Below, in pieces: positions 18,950 through 29,200 of a stretch of 56,694 nucleotides of DNA; the stretch's first letter is position 1; each line of letters begins with the position of its first letter. The notes below the pieces were generated by a model. That model was not told the DNA's origin. It worked only from the letters and a program-made list of their open reading frames with translations, and searched no databases. The translations under genes and the position numbers were made by a program. Source of the stretch: an uncultured virus (IMG/VR IMGVR_UViG_2786546887_000004) (Duplodnaviria; Heunggongvirae; Uroviricota; Caudoviricetes); IMG/VR virus record IMGVR_UViG_2786546887_000004; one strand, written 5' to 3'.

Positions 18950-20392
18950 TTATTTTTTATTAGTTATTTTACTAATAGCAGCGGCATATGCAGCCATAGA
19001 GCCAGATAAATCTGACACAGGTTTGTCTGCCACATCATTAGTTTCGTCTTCACTCACTACTTTTTTCTTTGGAAAGTATGACTCTTTTACCGTCTCTACT
19101 TTCGTTCTGAAATCAGCAGCGTCTTTATATTCAATATTATCTGCTAATCCTTTAAACTTTTCTTTTTCAGTTTCAGCAAGATCACTTGCAACATCTACTA
19201 GAATTTCGTCTCTAGCAAACTCACCGATTTTTTGGTTAAGTTCTACGGATTCATCCATTGATTCGTTAAGTTTTCTTTTTAACTCTTCAATTTCAGCAGC
19301 TTGATTCTCAATAACATTGTATTTCTCTTCTGGAATTTCAATGTAGTGAGATTCAAATAAGTTTTTAAGACCGCCGATAAAATCTTCAGCTATCTCTGAT
19401 CTTAAACCTTTTTCTATTGCAAGTTCATTTTCTTTAGTCCACTCACTTACAACATAGTTTAGATAAGCGTCAACTTTTTCTACGATTTCAGATTTAACTT
19501 CTTCAGTTTTCTCTTCAACCTTAGTTTCGTATTCACTCTCTAATTTCTCAATTTCTTCGACAAGTTTTGCTCTTACAGCAGATTCAAANATTGTTGCAGC
19601 TTTTTGTTTAAACTCTTCTGATAAATCTTCATCAGCAGTTAAAGCCTTAACATCTTCTTTCATGTTCATGTCTTTTACTTTTTCTTTAGCAGTTTTCTTT
19701 TCATCATCATGTTGCATTTCTTTTTTCACTTCTTTTTCTTTATNTTCTGCTTCAGACATTTTTTTCTTCTCGTCTTCTTTTTCTTCTTTTTTCTCTTTGT
19801 CGTCTTTATGATCTTCAGCTTCGTTCATATCTTTTTCTTTGTCAACTTGAGCTTTAAGTTCTTTCTCTTTGTCTTCCATCTCTTTTTTCATAGTTTCGAT
19901 TTCAGCTTTAATCATTTCAGACTTCTTGTCTTCAGTTTCCTTAACATCTTTTTTCTCATCTTCTTTTTCTTCTTTTTTATCATTTTTTTTGTCAAGGTAC
20001 TTTTTAAGACCAGCAGGCATTTCGCCTTCTTTTACGTCTTCTTTTTTCTTGTCGTCTGCTTCTTTTTTCATTTCTTTTTCTTTATCAGACATTTCTGAAA
20101 CTTCTTTTTCTTTATCTTCAGTTTCTTTTTTCATGTCTTCATAAGAAGCGTTCATATCTTTTTTCGGTTCAGCCTCTGCCTTTAAAGATTGCATAGCATC
20201 TGGAGCGCCTGCACTTTTTTGTTGTGGGTCACCTGTAATGTGGTTTACCCCTTGTGCAAAATCTACTTTACCATCCGTTGGAGATGTAATTGCTTTTGTA
20301 ATTACATTCTGAATAGTACTTTGTAATGACTTAGGTGCTTCAGCTGGTGCGGCATTCTTTTTAGGTAAGTCTGCTTGTGTATTCTCAGCCAT
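18950..20392 (-). CDS. gp22: Prohead core scaffold gp22 with long K/E/D-rich insertion
   Basis: LSEEFKQKAATxFESAV...VDAYLNYVVSEW...VKESYF; lies between gp21 and gp23. Confidence 0.92.
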   Translation of the reverse strand: MAENTQADLPKKNAAPAEAPKSLQSTIQNVITKAITSPTDGKVDFAQGVNHITGDPQQKSAGAPDAMQSLKAEAEPKKDMNASYEDMKKETEDKEKEVSEMSDKEKEMKKEADDKKKEDVKEGEMPAGLKKYLDKKNDKKEEKEDEKKDVKETEDKKSEMIKAEIETMKKEMEDKEKELKAQVDKEKDMNEAEDHKDDKEKKEEKEDEKKKMSEAEXKEKEVKKEMQHDDEKKTAKEKVKDMNMKEDVKALTADEDLSEEFKQKAATXFESAVRAKLVEEIEKLESEYETKVEEKTEEVKSEIVEKVDAYLNYVVSEWTKENELAIEKGLRSEIAEDFIGGLKNLFESHYIEIPEEKYNVIENQAAEIEELKRKLNESMDESVELNQKIGEFARDEILVDVASDLAETEKEKFKGLADNIEYKDAADFRTKVETVKESYFPKKKVVSEDETNDVADKPVSDLSGSMAAYAAAISKITNKK

Positions 20393-20464
20393 TGCTTTGT
20401 TTCCTTATTAGTTATAGTTAGTTCAATACTACTGACCTATTGATTTTACAATAATGTCAAGTAA

Positions 20465-20472
20465 TATTTATA
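20465..20472 (-). promoter_or_regulatory. T4 late (gp55) promoter of gp22
   Basis: TATAAATA, intergenic. Confidence 0.8.
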
Positions 20473-20475
20473 AAA

Positions 20476-21120
20476 TTAAAGATTTTTGATAAACGATTCG
20501 AACACTTTTGCCTGTTTAGCAGCAAGTTCGTGTGTTTTTGCGTTTGACATCTCTAACTTTAATCGGTTTACCTCTTGCTCTTTTATTAAACCATTATCCC
20601 ATACCCACTCTTTGCCTTCCATTATACCTTCTACAAAGGCCTCTGGAGCACTAGGATCTGCGACTATATCAGCCGCGGTTGCAAGATAAAAATCATTTGA
20701 TACTACATTAGCGCCGCCTCTATTTGTCAATGTTCCCATACCTCTACTTGAAACGCCTAATTTTGCACCTTCATCTATTAAGTTCTTCACTATTTTTCCA
20801 TAAGGTGTGTCTAATATCTTAGCCTCACCAATAAAGTTATTGCCATCTGGATAGAGAGCCTTGATCATGTGCGATACTCTTTCTAAATTTACCGTTGGTC
20901 CGTCTGGATGACCGAGTTCGCCGAAGGCTCTNCTTTTGTTAATAAACTCTCTATTATATCTACCGACTTCTCTCTCTAAAACATCTTTAGGATATACACG
21001 ACCGTTCTTATTTTTCATCTCGGCCTGCATGAAAATACCCTTAATTTTATAATCTTTTTTACCGTTGTTTTGCTCAACGATATATTCTGCGTTTTGGATT
21101 TCTTCGGTAATTAACTTCAT
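20476..21120 (-). CDS. gp21: Prohead protease gp21
   Basis: NGRVYP, GELGHP, GVSSRGMG, DIVADPSAP. Confidence 0.98.
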   Translation of the reverse strand: MKLITEEIQNAEYIVEQNNGKKDYKIKGIFMQAEMKNKNGRVYPKDVLEREVGRYNREFINKXRAFGELGHPDGPTVNLERVSHMIKALYPDGNNFIGEAKILDTPYGKIVKNLIDEGAKLGVSSRGMGTLTNRGGANVVSNDFYLATAADIVADPSAPEAFVEGIMEGKEWVWDNGLIKEQEVNRLKLEMSNAKTHELAAKQAKVFESFIKNL

Positions 21121-21139
21121 GTCTATCTCTCGTTAATTA

Positions 21140-21147
21140 TATTTATA
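21140..21147 (-). promoter_or_regulatory. T4 late promoter of gp21
   Basis: TATAAATA, intergenic. Confidence 0.8.
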
Positions 21148-21154
21148 CAAATTG

Positions 21155-21547
21155 TTATCTAAACTCCACAACAATTGTGTAATTATCCCCATTTGCAAAG
21201 TTCTTCGTTGAGAGAAGAATATCGCCTGTAGGAGTTGTTGCGTTGTTTGTAATCTCATTTCCATCTGCTCGTAAGTCCCAATAACCTTGACCAGATAAGA
21301 AAACTGCACTAGCATTTGTTGCGCCTGCCCACAATATTTCAACACCAGATTTACTATCTGAAGTGTTTACTGACCAGTAAATTTTACTAATCTTTCTATT
21401 ACCATCTTCAGACATAAAAGTAGTGTTTGAAGCATCCACTTTTGTGACTAAATTCTCACCTGTACCGTCTGAAAAATTAGTAAATTTACCTGTGAATTTT
21501 ACACCACTAGTGTCTGCAATTGTTAAACTAGATACCGTATCAGCCAT
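21155..21547 (-). CDS. Putative virion protein, paralog 1 of 3
   Basis: Beta-rich 130 aa; DAS...KIYW...SGQG...TGDILLST...YTIVVEFR. Confidence 0.6.
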   Translation of the reverse strand: MADTVSSLTIADTSGVKFTGKFTNFSDGTGENLVTKVDASNTTFMSEDGNRKISKIYWSVNTSDSKSGVEILWAGATNASAVFLSGQGYWDLRADGNEITNNATTPTGDILLSTKNFANGDNYTIVVEFR

Positions 21548-21941
21548 TTGTAAAACCTTTTTCTTTTCTAAATTCTATTAATATATTATATTTTGATATA
21601 TTACTATCTGTTGACAACAATATATCACCAGTAGGATTAATCAAAGTTGCACCTGTATCACCTTGTTTTATTTTAGGTTCATCTTTTTTTAATCCGTAAT
21701 TACCACGACCACTAAAAGTCGTTGTAATTTGTTCGTCTGTTTCTGCGTCAAAAAATAAAGTAATTTTGCCTGTACCTAATATCTCATGGTGCACGTTTGC
21801 AATTGATACATTAGGACTTGCTGTTGCCTTACTTAACTTTGAAGCGTCTAACAATAATTCTTTGTCTTCATTACTACCACCATTTGCCTTTATGATAACT
21901 TTAAAATTATCATCTGCTAATGTCGTAGTAGTAATAGACAT
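21540..21941 (-). CDS. Putative virion protein, paralog 2 of 3
   Basis: DAS...SGRG...TGDILLST...YNILIEFRK. Confidence 0.6.
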   Translation of the reverse strand: MSITTTTLADDNFKVIIKANGGSNEDKELLLDASKLSKATASPNVSIANVHHEILGTGKITLFFDAETDEQITTTFSGRGNYGLKKDEPKIKQGDTGATLINPTGDILLSTDSNISKYNILIEFRKEKGFTNG

Positions 21942-21943
21942 TA

Positions 21944-22321
21944 TTAGTTACCAAAACCAGCGGCTTTGACTAACTCTAAATAAACAAATCCATCAGTATT
22001 ACTTGCTGGTGTTAATACTATATCACCGTCAGTTGCGTTGCCTGGTAATGTTGCACCATTTGTTATTGTATGGGCATCAAATTTACCAGCAGTCACACCT
22101 GCAAGATCAATAGCTTCTACAACACCTGAACCTGTAAAAGTAATTGCAACTTCTTTATCTAAACACCACTCTATTCTTTTAATGTCTAATCTATTACCAG
22201 AACCAGCAGCGTTTGCTAATCCACTTGCGTCAATGGTAACAGCAGAGCCGTGATCGTCTAAAGATACAAGTACTTTTGTTCCGAAAGCGTTATCTGTTAG
22301 TGTTCTATTTCTAACTGCCAT
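21944..22321 (-). CDS. Putative virion protein, paralog 3 of 3
   Basis: DAS...RIEW...DGDIVLT...FVYLELVK. Confidence 0.55.
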   Translation of the reverse strand: MAVRNRTLTDNAFGTKVLVSLDDHGSAVTIDASGLANAAGSGNRLDIKRIEWCLDKEVAITFTGSGVVEAIDLAGVTAGKFDAHTITNGATLPGNATDGDIVLTPASNTDGFVYLELVKAAGFGN

Positions 22322-22322
22322 T

Positions 22323-22577
22323 TTATCTCCTTAAAATTGTTAGTGTCTCTTTATCAAAATAATTCATTAATTCTCTATTACTAACATTATGTTTTTTTGC
22401 AGCTGTACTAACATTTTTTTCAAAATTAGCAACTGCGTTTTTGTCTGTTTCAATAGACTTATATACCATATCAACAGCTCTTTTTACTTTAGGAGACAAC
22501 TTGTTGTATTGCCTACTTCTTTTGTAATCATTACCTTCGTCTATTTTAGTTCGAAGATTACTGAGCGTTGTCGTCAT
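22323..22577 (-). CDS. Hypothetical head-module protein
   Basis: 84-aa ORF overlapping the gp67-like gene. Confidence 0.6.
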   Translation of the reverse strand: MTTTLSNLRTKIDEGNDYKRSRQYNKLSPKVKRAVDMVYKSIETDKNAVANFEKNVSTAAKKHNVSNRELMNYFDKETLTILRR

Positions 22578-22788
22578 TTGCTACCTCTACATTATCAGGT
22601 GTATCAACACCAACAACCGTATTTGGTGTATCTGGTTGTTGATATAATGATGTAGCGATATTTTGTTTTGTTGCGTCTAAAGCAGTTGATACTTTGTCTG
22701 CCATTGCATTATTAAATGCGTCTTTGGCTTCAACATTATCACCTTTTGCTAATGAGTCAACAAATTTATTTAAGTTTTCTTTTGTCAT
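22558..22788 (-). CDS. Prohead core protein gp67-like
   Basis: FVDSLAKGDNVEAKDAFNNAMADKV; immediately after the portal gene; late promoter TATAAATA at 22794-22801. Confidence 0.7.
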   Translation of the reverse strand: MTKENLNKFVDSLAKGDNVEAKDAFNNAMADKVSTALDATKQNIATSLYQQPDTPNTVVGVDTPDNVEVANDDNAQ

Positions 22789-22796
22789 AACTATAT

Positions 22797-24299
22797 TTAT
22801 ACCTCTGTTTTATTATCTGCAGGTTTATCAGATTGCTCTTCTTGTATTTGATCGTCAATCTCTTTTACCTCTTGTTCATTTTGTTTTAAAATTTTTGTTC
22901 TAACATATTGATTACTGAAATATTTACCAACATATTGTTCTAAATCTCTAGCAAGACCTACTCTTTCTCTCATCATTTCTGAATTTTTAAGTTCAGCAAA
23001 GTATCCATCTTGTAAGAAACTAAAGTAGATTTTTTCTTTTATTCCATCCCAATCTTCAGGTGCAATAACGCCTTTTAAAATTAATTGTGTTTTTAAAAGA
23101 TCGTGGAACATCATTGTAAATTTCTTTCTTAAACGACCTACAAATTTAGTAAATTTAACTTCATCTCTACTAATTTCTGCAGCTCTACCAAGATTGAAAC
23201 CTTGACCACCTTCTAATCTACTAATAGGAACATTTAAAGAACGATATAGTTTCTTTTGGAAATATTCTATATCTGCAATCTCTCCTAGATTTTGACCACC
23301 AGGTAAAGTAGTAATTTCAGTACCTCTACCACCTTCTCTTCTAGGTAACCAAAAGTCTTCTAGCATAGACATATAGTTTCTATCGTCTCTTATTTCACCT
23401 GTNCTTGCGTCATAAACAAGTTTGTTTCTATATCTTGCCATGACATCTCTTAAATATTGTTCTGCCTTGATCTTAGGTAAATTACCTACATCAATGTAAA
23501 ATATTCTTCTTTCAGGCGCTCTTGCGATTCTGTAAATTACAACAGCGTCTTCAATCATTCTTAATTGATTAACAGGTTTGATTGCCTTATGTAAATATGA
23601 CAATACAATATTTTTACTTGTATCAATTAATCCTGATGGGCAATATGTAATTGCGTCTGTAGCAATTTGTAATCCACCTGCATTTGATGTAGCAGTAGGA
23701 TGTATTCCTTTTTCGTTAAATAGATAAAACTCCTGATATTTGTTTGTCATTGCAAACGAACCAGGCATCCCATCTACTTTGTTTTTTCTAACTTCTCTTA
23801 CTTTTTTAATTTTACGAGGGTCGATATATCTTAACTCTGTTATACCTTTTCTTGGTGATTCTTTATCTATAATTTTGTGATAAAATAATCTACCATCTAC
23901 ATACCATCGTCTGAATATATCGTGTCCTTTTGTATCAAATTGTAATAAATCTAATACTTCATCAAAAGATTCTCTGATAGCTTTTTTGATTGAGTCGTTG
24001 TAATTAATGTGTGATAAGTCTAATTGCACTGAAGCCTGATTTTCATTTGAGACAATTGCTTCTGATACAATGTCCTCAATTGCTAAATCACATTCAGGAT
24101 GCAACGATATTTCTCTATATCTTCTAATGAGGTCTAATTCGTTCCTAGCATTTACATCAAAACCTCCGTAAGACGCAAAAAACCCACCAGCGGGGACGGT
24201 TTGTGTACCGTCATCCGCTTGTGGTGGAACTATATTTTGTCGTGGGTCAACCTTTGAGGAACCTAATCTCTCAATCTTAAACCCAAACAGCTCTGCCAT
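22797..24299 (-). CDS. gp20: Portal protein gp20
   Basis: YRIARAPERRIFYIDVGNLPK, EDFWLPRREGGRGTEITTLPGG. Confidence 0.99.
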   Translation of the reverse strand: MAELFGFKIERLGSSKVDPRQNIVPPQADDGTQTVPAGGFFASYGGFDVNARNELDLIRRYREISLHPECDLAIEDIVSEAIVSNENQASVQLDLSHINYNDSIKKAIRESFDEVLDLLQFDTKGHDIFRRWYVDGRLFYHKIIDKESPRKGITELRYIDPRKIKKVREVRKNKVDGMPGSFAMTNKYQEFYLFNEKGIHPTATSNAGGLQIATDAITYCPSGLIDTSKNIVLSYLHKAIKPVNQLRMIEDAVVIYRIARAPERRIFYIDVGNLPKIKAEQYLRDVMARYRNKLVYDAXTGEIRDDRNYMSMLEDFWLPRREGGRGTEITTLPGGQNLGEIADIEYFQKKLYRSLNVPISRLEGGQGFNLGRAAEISRDEVKFTKFVGRLRKKFTMMFHDLLKTQLILKGVIAPEDWDGIKEKIYFSFLQDGYFAELKNSEMMRERVGLARDLEQYVGKYFSNQYVRTKILKQNEQEVKEIDDQIQEEQSDKPADNKTEV

Positions 24300-24337
24300 A
24301 ATATTTCTCCAATTCTACTTAACTATTTAGTCGTCTA

Positions 24338-24865
24338 TTAAGTAGTTGTATTTGTTTCAAAGTACTGGTATCTATGCGTAGCAGTAAATGATTCTACTAC
24401 GTTGTTAGTACCATAGTCTAAAGCAATATCATCCAATGTTGTTGGAAACATTCCTCTAAACGTGTATGATTTAATCACATTGCCGTTTCTGTCTAATTGG
24501 TCAACAAAAGCGTCAACTTGATAGTCAGCAGGGTTAACAAGTCCTTCGTTATCGGACATATTGTTAATACCATTTAACCATCTTTCGTATGCGTTCCTTA
24601 GTTTGAAGTCTGTATCATTTAAGATAGTAGTTGTCCATGTAGCAAATGTTCTATCACCTGCAACATATAACTCCCTACCTCTAAATGGTATCGCAACTTC
24701 NCCTATTGTCATACCAGGTAAAGNTGTTGATGTACATAGGAAACTCATTTCTTCAGTTTCACCACCTACAGCAGCATATCCTGGGAAAGGCATTGTCACT
24801 CTAAACTGGTTAGCACGAGCTCCGCCGCCTCTTAATTTACTTTTAAAGTCATTAATGTTTGGCAT
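24338..24865 (-). CDS. gp19: Tail tube protein gp19
   Basis: GGGARANQF, FRGRELYVAGDRTF. Confidence 0.97.
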   Translation of the reverse strand: MPNINDFKSKLRGGGARANQFRVTMPFPGYAAVGGETEEMSFLCTSTXLPGMTIXEVAIPFRGRELYVAGDRTFATWTTTILNDTDFKLRNAYERWLNGINNMSDNEGLVNPADYQVDAFVDQLDRNGNVIKSYTFRGMFPTTLDDIALDYGTNNVVESFTATHRYQYFETNTTT

Positions 24866-24869
24866 GTTT

Positions 24870-26777
24870 TTAAGCTCCTACTACTTCGTTAAATGCAACG
24901 CCTGTTCTAGTCGCTACGAATTGAAGTGTTATAAAGTTGATTGATCTAGCAGGTTTAACAAAAATGTCAGCCTTAAACTCATTTCTATTGATTACATCAG
25001 CAGTGTTATTTGAGTCATCACATACTACTAAAAAGTCTGTGATACCTCTTCTACCTTGTACATCTCTTAAAAAAGGTTCTACAATGTTTCTGAAATTTGC
25101 TCTTGTAAATTCATCATTGAATTCAAACAATTGAAATTTAGAAGCAGTTGATATTGCCTTCTCTAAAGTAATGAATAGTCTTCTAACATTTATTCTGTCA
25201 AACGCACTAGGAGCACTTAATCCAGTTTTATCACCAAACAAGATTGTACCTTGTCCTGGGAATGTAACCACTGGGTTAATTCTAGCTCTGTAAAGTTCGT
25301 CTCTCTCTGCTTTTGTGGGATTATAAGCAAGTTTAACAACACCTCTTAAAACTCCTCTGTTCAAACCAGCAGGTGAGAACCATGAGTCGTTAGTTAGGTC
25401 TGTTCTTGCAGCCAATCCTGCCACATCACCGTTTAAAGGAACGAATCTAAATACGTCATTGTATTTGTCATATGCGTATTTGTATCCACTATCGAATACT
25501 ACGTATGAAGATGATCTAATACCATCAAAGAATCCTTTAACATTGGACGTTTGAGTGACACTAGAAGTCACATTAACTACATCTGATCTCTCAGGTGAGC
25601 AGAATACAACAGCGTCTTTTCTGTTTTCTGCAATAGTAATTAAGTTATCTATGTGCGTAGCATCGCCTTTTCCAGCGATAATTAAATTGCAATCAATTGT
25701 TTCAGCGTCTGCAAATTTTTCGTAAGCATTTTTTAACTGANCAGTTGATACAGCAGAACCGTCTGAACCACCAGATAATGGTGCGTTNTTAACTGAAGTG
25801 ACTGAAGTAAATGTTAAATTTAATGCAGCTGTACCCCAATTAGTACCACCAGATATGTGATCCATCCAGTAAATGTATTGTGATTGATTGTATATTACAT
25901 CAGGATAATAGTTTGTATCACCTTGAGGAGTTTTTGCGTCAGAAGCTTTTGATAATGAATCATATACTTCTAATATGTCTCCTGCTTTTCCTGTAATACC
26001 ACCATCTTCATCAACAACAACAATGTGTAGTTCGTCTCCTGAACCACCTCTATCTGAAACGTAAGGTGAAGTTCCTGGCGCAGCCGATACTTGATCGTAA
26101 TATTGCCATCTTCTTCTTACATTTGATCCGTTAGCAACAGCAGTATGTAAACCACCAACACCTGAAGGGTGTCTAACGAAAGTTATTGTTTGATTAGATA
26201 TGTTTGTTATTCTATATTCGTATCCGCCTGTTTCGCCAAAGTTTATGATGTCTCCGACTGAAAAACCAGTGCCAGATTGTACTACGATAGATGTATCACC
26301 TACAGCAGAATCAGTATCTTGCGTTGTTGTTTTTGCAGTTTCTTCATAAACGGTTGATGAAGGACAAACCGACACTCTTAAATTGTTACCATGTGCACCT
26401 GCAGTTCTAGCCGCCCACGCGCCAACATTACCAGCACCACCAGAATAGTCATTCTGATATGATGTTGTATTGTTGATTAGTAAACCACTACCATTTGCAG
26501 TTGCATTAAGTAGACCAGTATTTGTAGCTCTTACAACTTTTAAGCTTGATGAGTATTGTAAAAACGATTGAGCAGAGTAAAAGTATTCAAAAGTATTACT
26601 ATCTGGTTTACCAAATTGTTCTACTAATTCTTTTTCTGAGCCAATGGTTACAACTTCATCAAGTGGTCCTTGAGTAGATTGTATAGCGATTGCGCCGATC
26701 GAAGTCGCAACTGCTGGTACAACATTTGTCAAGTCTTTTTCTTGTACGAGAACACCTGGTGAAACTTGAAATGCCAT
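24870..26777 (-). CDS. gp18: Tail sheath protein gp18
   Basis: SPGVLVQEKD, WFSPAG, FDRINVRRLF, KPARSINFI; late promoter at 26825-26832. Confidence 0.98.
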   Translation of the reverse strand: MAFQVSPGVLVQEKDLTNVVPAVATSIGAIAIQSTQGPLDEVVTIGSEKELVEQFGKPDSNTFEYFYSAQSFLQYSSSLKVVRATNTGLLNATANGSGLLINNTTSYQNDYSGGAGNVGAWAARTAGAHGNNLRVSVCPSSTVYEETAKTTTQDTDSAVGDTSIVVQSGTGFSVGDIINFGETGGYEYRITNISNQTITFVRHPSGVGGLHTAVANGSNVRRRWQYYDQVSAAPGTSPYVSDRGGSGDELHIVVVDEDGGITGKAGDILEVYDSLSKASDAKTPQGDTNYYPDVIYNQSQYIYWMDHISGGTNWGTAALNLTFTSVTSVXNAPLSGGSDGSAVSTXQLKNAYEKFADAETIDCNLIIAGKGDATHIDNLITIAENRKDAVVFCSPERSDVVNVTSSVTQTSNVKGFFDGIRSSSYVVFDSGYKYAYDKYNDVFRFVPLNGDVAGLAARTDLTNDSWFSPAGLNRGVLRGVVKLAYNPTKAERDELYRARINPVVTFPGQGTILFGDKTGLSAPSAFDRINVRRLFITLEKAISTASKFQLFEFNDEFTRANFRNIVEPFLRDVQGRRGITDFLVVCDDSNNTADVINRNEFKADIFVKPARSINFITLQFVATRTGVAFNEVVGA

Positions 26778-26835
26778 AATTGTTATTCTCCTTATTAGCT
26801 AATAAGTATCATTAATCTCACTGATATTTATAATA

Positions 26836-28461
26836 CTATAAACCTTTACGAACTGATACAGGATTCCACACTTCTCCTTGATCGTCTATGATTTGTTCTT
26901 CTTCTAAACCATCATCTAAAAATCCAAAAGGTGCCATATCTTGTTCTATTGCGTTTTTCTGTTCTTCATACATTCTTGCTCGAACATCTTGGTCTGTTAA
27001 CTCTTTGAAATATCTTTGATTTGATATCCATGCAAAGATTACTAGACACATTGTTAAATCGTCATTAGACCCCTCTTCAGCCGCCCAGGATTGACCTCTC
27101 CTTACGAAAGTTGATAGTTCTTCTATAATGTGAAAGTCTTGTACAATTAACTTGTCACCCTCTATAAGTGTCTTTAAATTAGTACAACCTATTCGTTTTA
27201 CTTGTTTTGTCATTCTAACACCAAGTTGTGATCCTCTTTTAGAGAAACCACCACCTAATATCTGACCTGCTCTTCCTTTCATCATACACATTAATAGATT
27301 TGTGTATTCTAATTCAAATTGTAATGCGTCAGCGACTTGATGACCTACATCATTTACTTCAACACATACATGAGCATTGTTATAATTTTTTGCTACTCTC
27401 TCTATCGTATGAGGAAATAGTAATGGTTTAATTTCATTGTTTCTATACTTCGCAACAATCTTGTATGGCATTTGTGATACATCAAACACAACAAATGCTG
27501 AATAATCTTTTACGGTACCTCTTGCGACATCAACCGTAATTACATAATCTTTTCCTTTTTGTGGTTGTTCATAAACATCTAAACCTTGATTTGATATTAA
27601 AGGATTGTTATGAGACAATGTTCTAATTTTAGATGGATTTAATAATGTATCTACTGAACCTACAAACTCACACTCAAACTCTGTAGCAAATTGTGCCTCA
27701 CTAGTGTTTCTTATAGTTTCTTCTTTCCACTTATCATCTCTACCTGGTACTTCAGACCAATGTACTTCAATAGGTTTGTAATCATTTCTTTTATGTATTG
27801 CGTCATTCCACAACTTATAAAACATATTCATACCATGTGGTGTAGATACAATCATCACTTTAGATTTTTTACCAGATGATATTGTAGGATATACAGAGCT
27901 AAAAAATTGTTCAGATATATTTGCAGGTATAAAAGCAAACTCATCTAAAAATATTATGTTAAATGAACCACCTCGAATTGCACTTGAAGAAGTTGCAGCT
28001 GCAAGTATTTTTGATCCATTCTCTAACTCTAACGAACCTTTGTTCCAGTTTAAAACACCTTGTTGTAAAAATGTAGGTAAGTTTTCATATGCAAGTTGTA
28101 ATCTACCTAGTAAGTCTCTAGCAGTTGTAGATTTGTTGGCAAGTATTGCAACATTAATATTATCATTAAATATAACTTGATGTAATAGATATGCAATGAT
28201 AGTAGTTGACTTACCTGATTGTCTTGGNAGTTTACAAATAGAAAATCTGTTATTATGAAAAGTGTCTACCATCTTTTCCTGAAACTTGTACATTTCAAAA
28301 GGCACTAGACCATCATCTATATTTACAATTTTTGTATATGATTTAATAAAGTAAATAGGATCTTCCATACACTTTGCAATCTCTCTGATTTGTTCTTCAG
28401 TGTATTGTTGTTGTGTATTTGCTTTAAATAGATTAGGATTGCCTAAATAATTTTCACTCAT
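26836..28461 (-). CDS. gp17: Terminase large subunit gp17
   Basis: YLGNPNL, PRQSGKST, IFLDEFAF, STPHGMN, DDLTM. Confidence 0.98.
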   Translation of the reverse strand: MSENYLGNPNLFKANTQQQYTEEQIREIAKCMEDPIYFIKSYTKIVNIDDGLVPFEMYKFQEKMVDTFHNNRFSICKXPRQSGKSTTIIAYLLHQVIFNDNINVAILANKSTTARDLLGRLQLAYENLPTFLQQGVLNWNKGSLELENGSKILAAATSSSAIRGGSFNIIFLDEFAFIPANISEQFFSSVYPTISSGKKSKVMIVSTPHGMNMFYKLWNDAIHKRNDYKPIEVHWSEVPGRDDKWKEETIRNTSEAQFATEFECEFVGSVDTLLNPSKIRTLSHNNPLISNQGLDVYEQPQKGKDYVITVDVARGTVKDYSAFVVFDVSQMPYKIVAKYRNNEIKPLLFPHTIERVAKNYNNAHVCVEVNDVGHQVADALQFELEYTNLLMCMMKGRAGQILGGGFSKRGSQLGVRMTKQVKRIGCTNLKTLIEGDKLIVQDFHIIEELSTFVRRGQSWAAEEGSNDDLTMCLVIFAWISNQRYFKELTDQDVRARMYEEQKNAIEQDMAPFGFLDDGLEEEQIIDDQGEVWNPVSVRKGL

Positions 28462-28762
28462 TGACTAGTATTCCTTCTATTGCGTTGTAACCTTTTTTGA
28501 TAGCCGCATTTACTCTACTACTACCATATTTAACTTTATACTTTTTTTCAACATACTCAANACCACCTGCACCTTTACGAGGTTTATTAGTAATGCCGTA
28601 TTCAATAACTTCAATTGGATTGTTCATACCCTCATCTAACCAAGTATCTTTATTTTTCTCTTTATGAGGATAAGGCGTCTTATTTGTATAACCTAAATCA
28701 CTTATCAGAAATGTCTGTTTCTGTGGGTGTAATTGTTTTGCCTTTAAAACTTTTATCTTCAT
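28454..28762 (-). CDS. Hypothetical protein, possible ParB/Srx-like fold
   Basis: GMNNPIEV...GSSRVNAAIKKGY resembles the ParB-N GxxR motif. Confidence 0.45.
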   Translation of the reverse strand: MKIKVLKAKQLHPQKQTFLISDLGYTNKTPYPHKEKNKDTWLDEGMNNPIEVIEYGITNKPRKGAGGXEYVEKKYKVKYGSSRVNAAIKKGYNAIEGILVNE

Positions 28763-29192
28763 CACTTTGAACATCCTTATTTTTATTCTTCAAAAGTGTA
28801 TGTAATTCTTTTGACGAACCAACAAACAATGCTTGTTTGATGTTTGTATTTGTTTTATTGGGCACATCTTTTAATGATTTAAGTTTGCCTTGTAAATCTT
28901 GTAGTTTATCAACCGTATCAGCAACTTGTTTAATTAAATTACCTGCAACTTCATATGCTCTAGGGTGTTGACTTTCGTTTGCAATATCAAGTATGCCTTG
29001 AATAGCGTCTTGTCCTCTTTCGATTAAGTTATAGTAATTTTCTCTACTATACTTGTAATCGTTTTCAACATCTTCTTTATTTTTATCCTCTAATCTAGGA
29101 ACAGGAGGTATAGTTTTTTTTTCTGGTAAATTTTTAATATTATCTACCGTNGGTATACCTAACACTTCNTTTATTTTATCGTTAATGCCCAT
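28698..29192 (-). CDS. gp16: Terminase small subunit gp16
   Basis: DYKYSRENYY, HPRAYEV, ALFVGS; late promoter at 29198-29205. Confidence 0.95.
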   Translation of the reverse strand: MGINDKIXEVLGIXTVDNIKNLPEKKTIPPVPRLEDKNKEDVENDYKYSRENYYNLIERGQDAIQGILDIANESQHPRAYEVAGNLIKQVADTVDKLQDLQGKLKSLKDVPNKTNTNIKQALFVGSSKELHTLLKNKNKDVQSDEDKSFKGKTITPTETDISDK

Positions 29193-29200
29193 AGGACTAT

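Noticed and set aside
19709..20144. Phe-rich and Ser-rich plus-strand ORFs
   Set aside because: Antisense shadows of the K/E-rich gp22 tract.
20455..20460. TTGACA upstream of gp22
   Set aside because: No -10 hexamer at 16-18 nt spacing; better explained as a hairpin arm.
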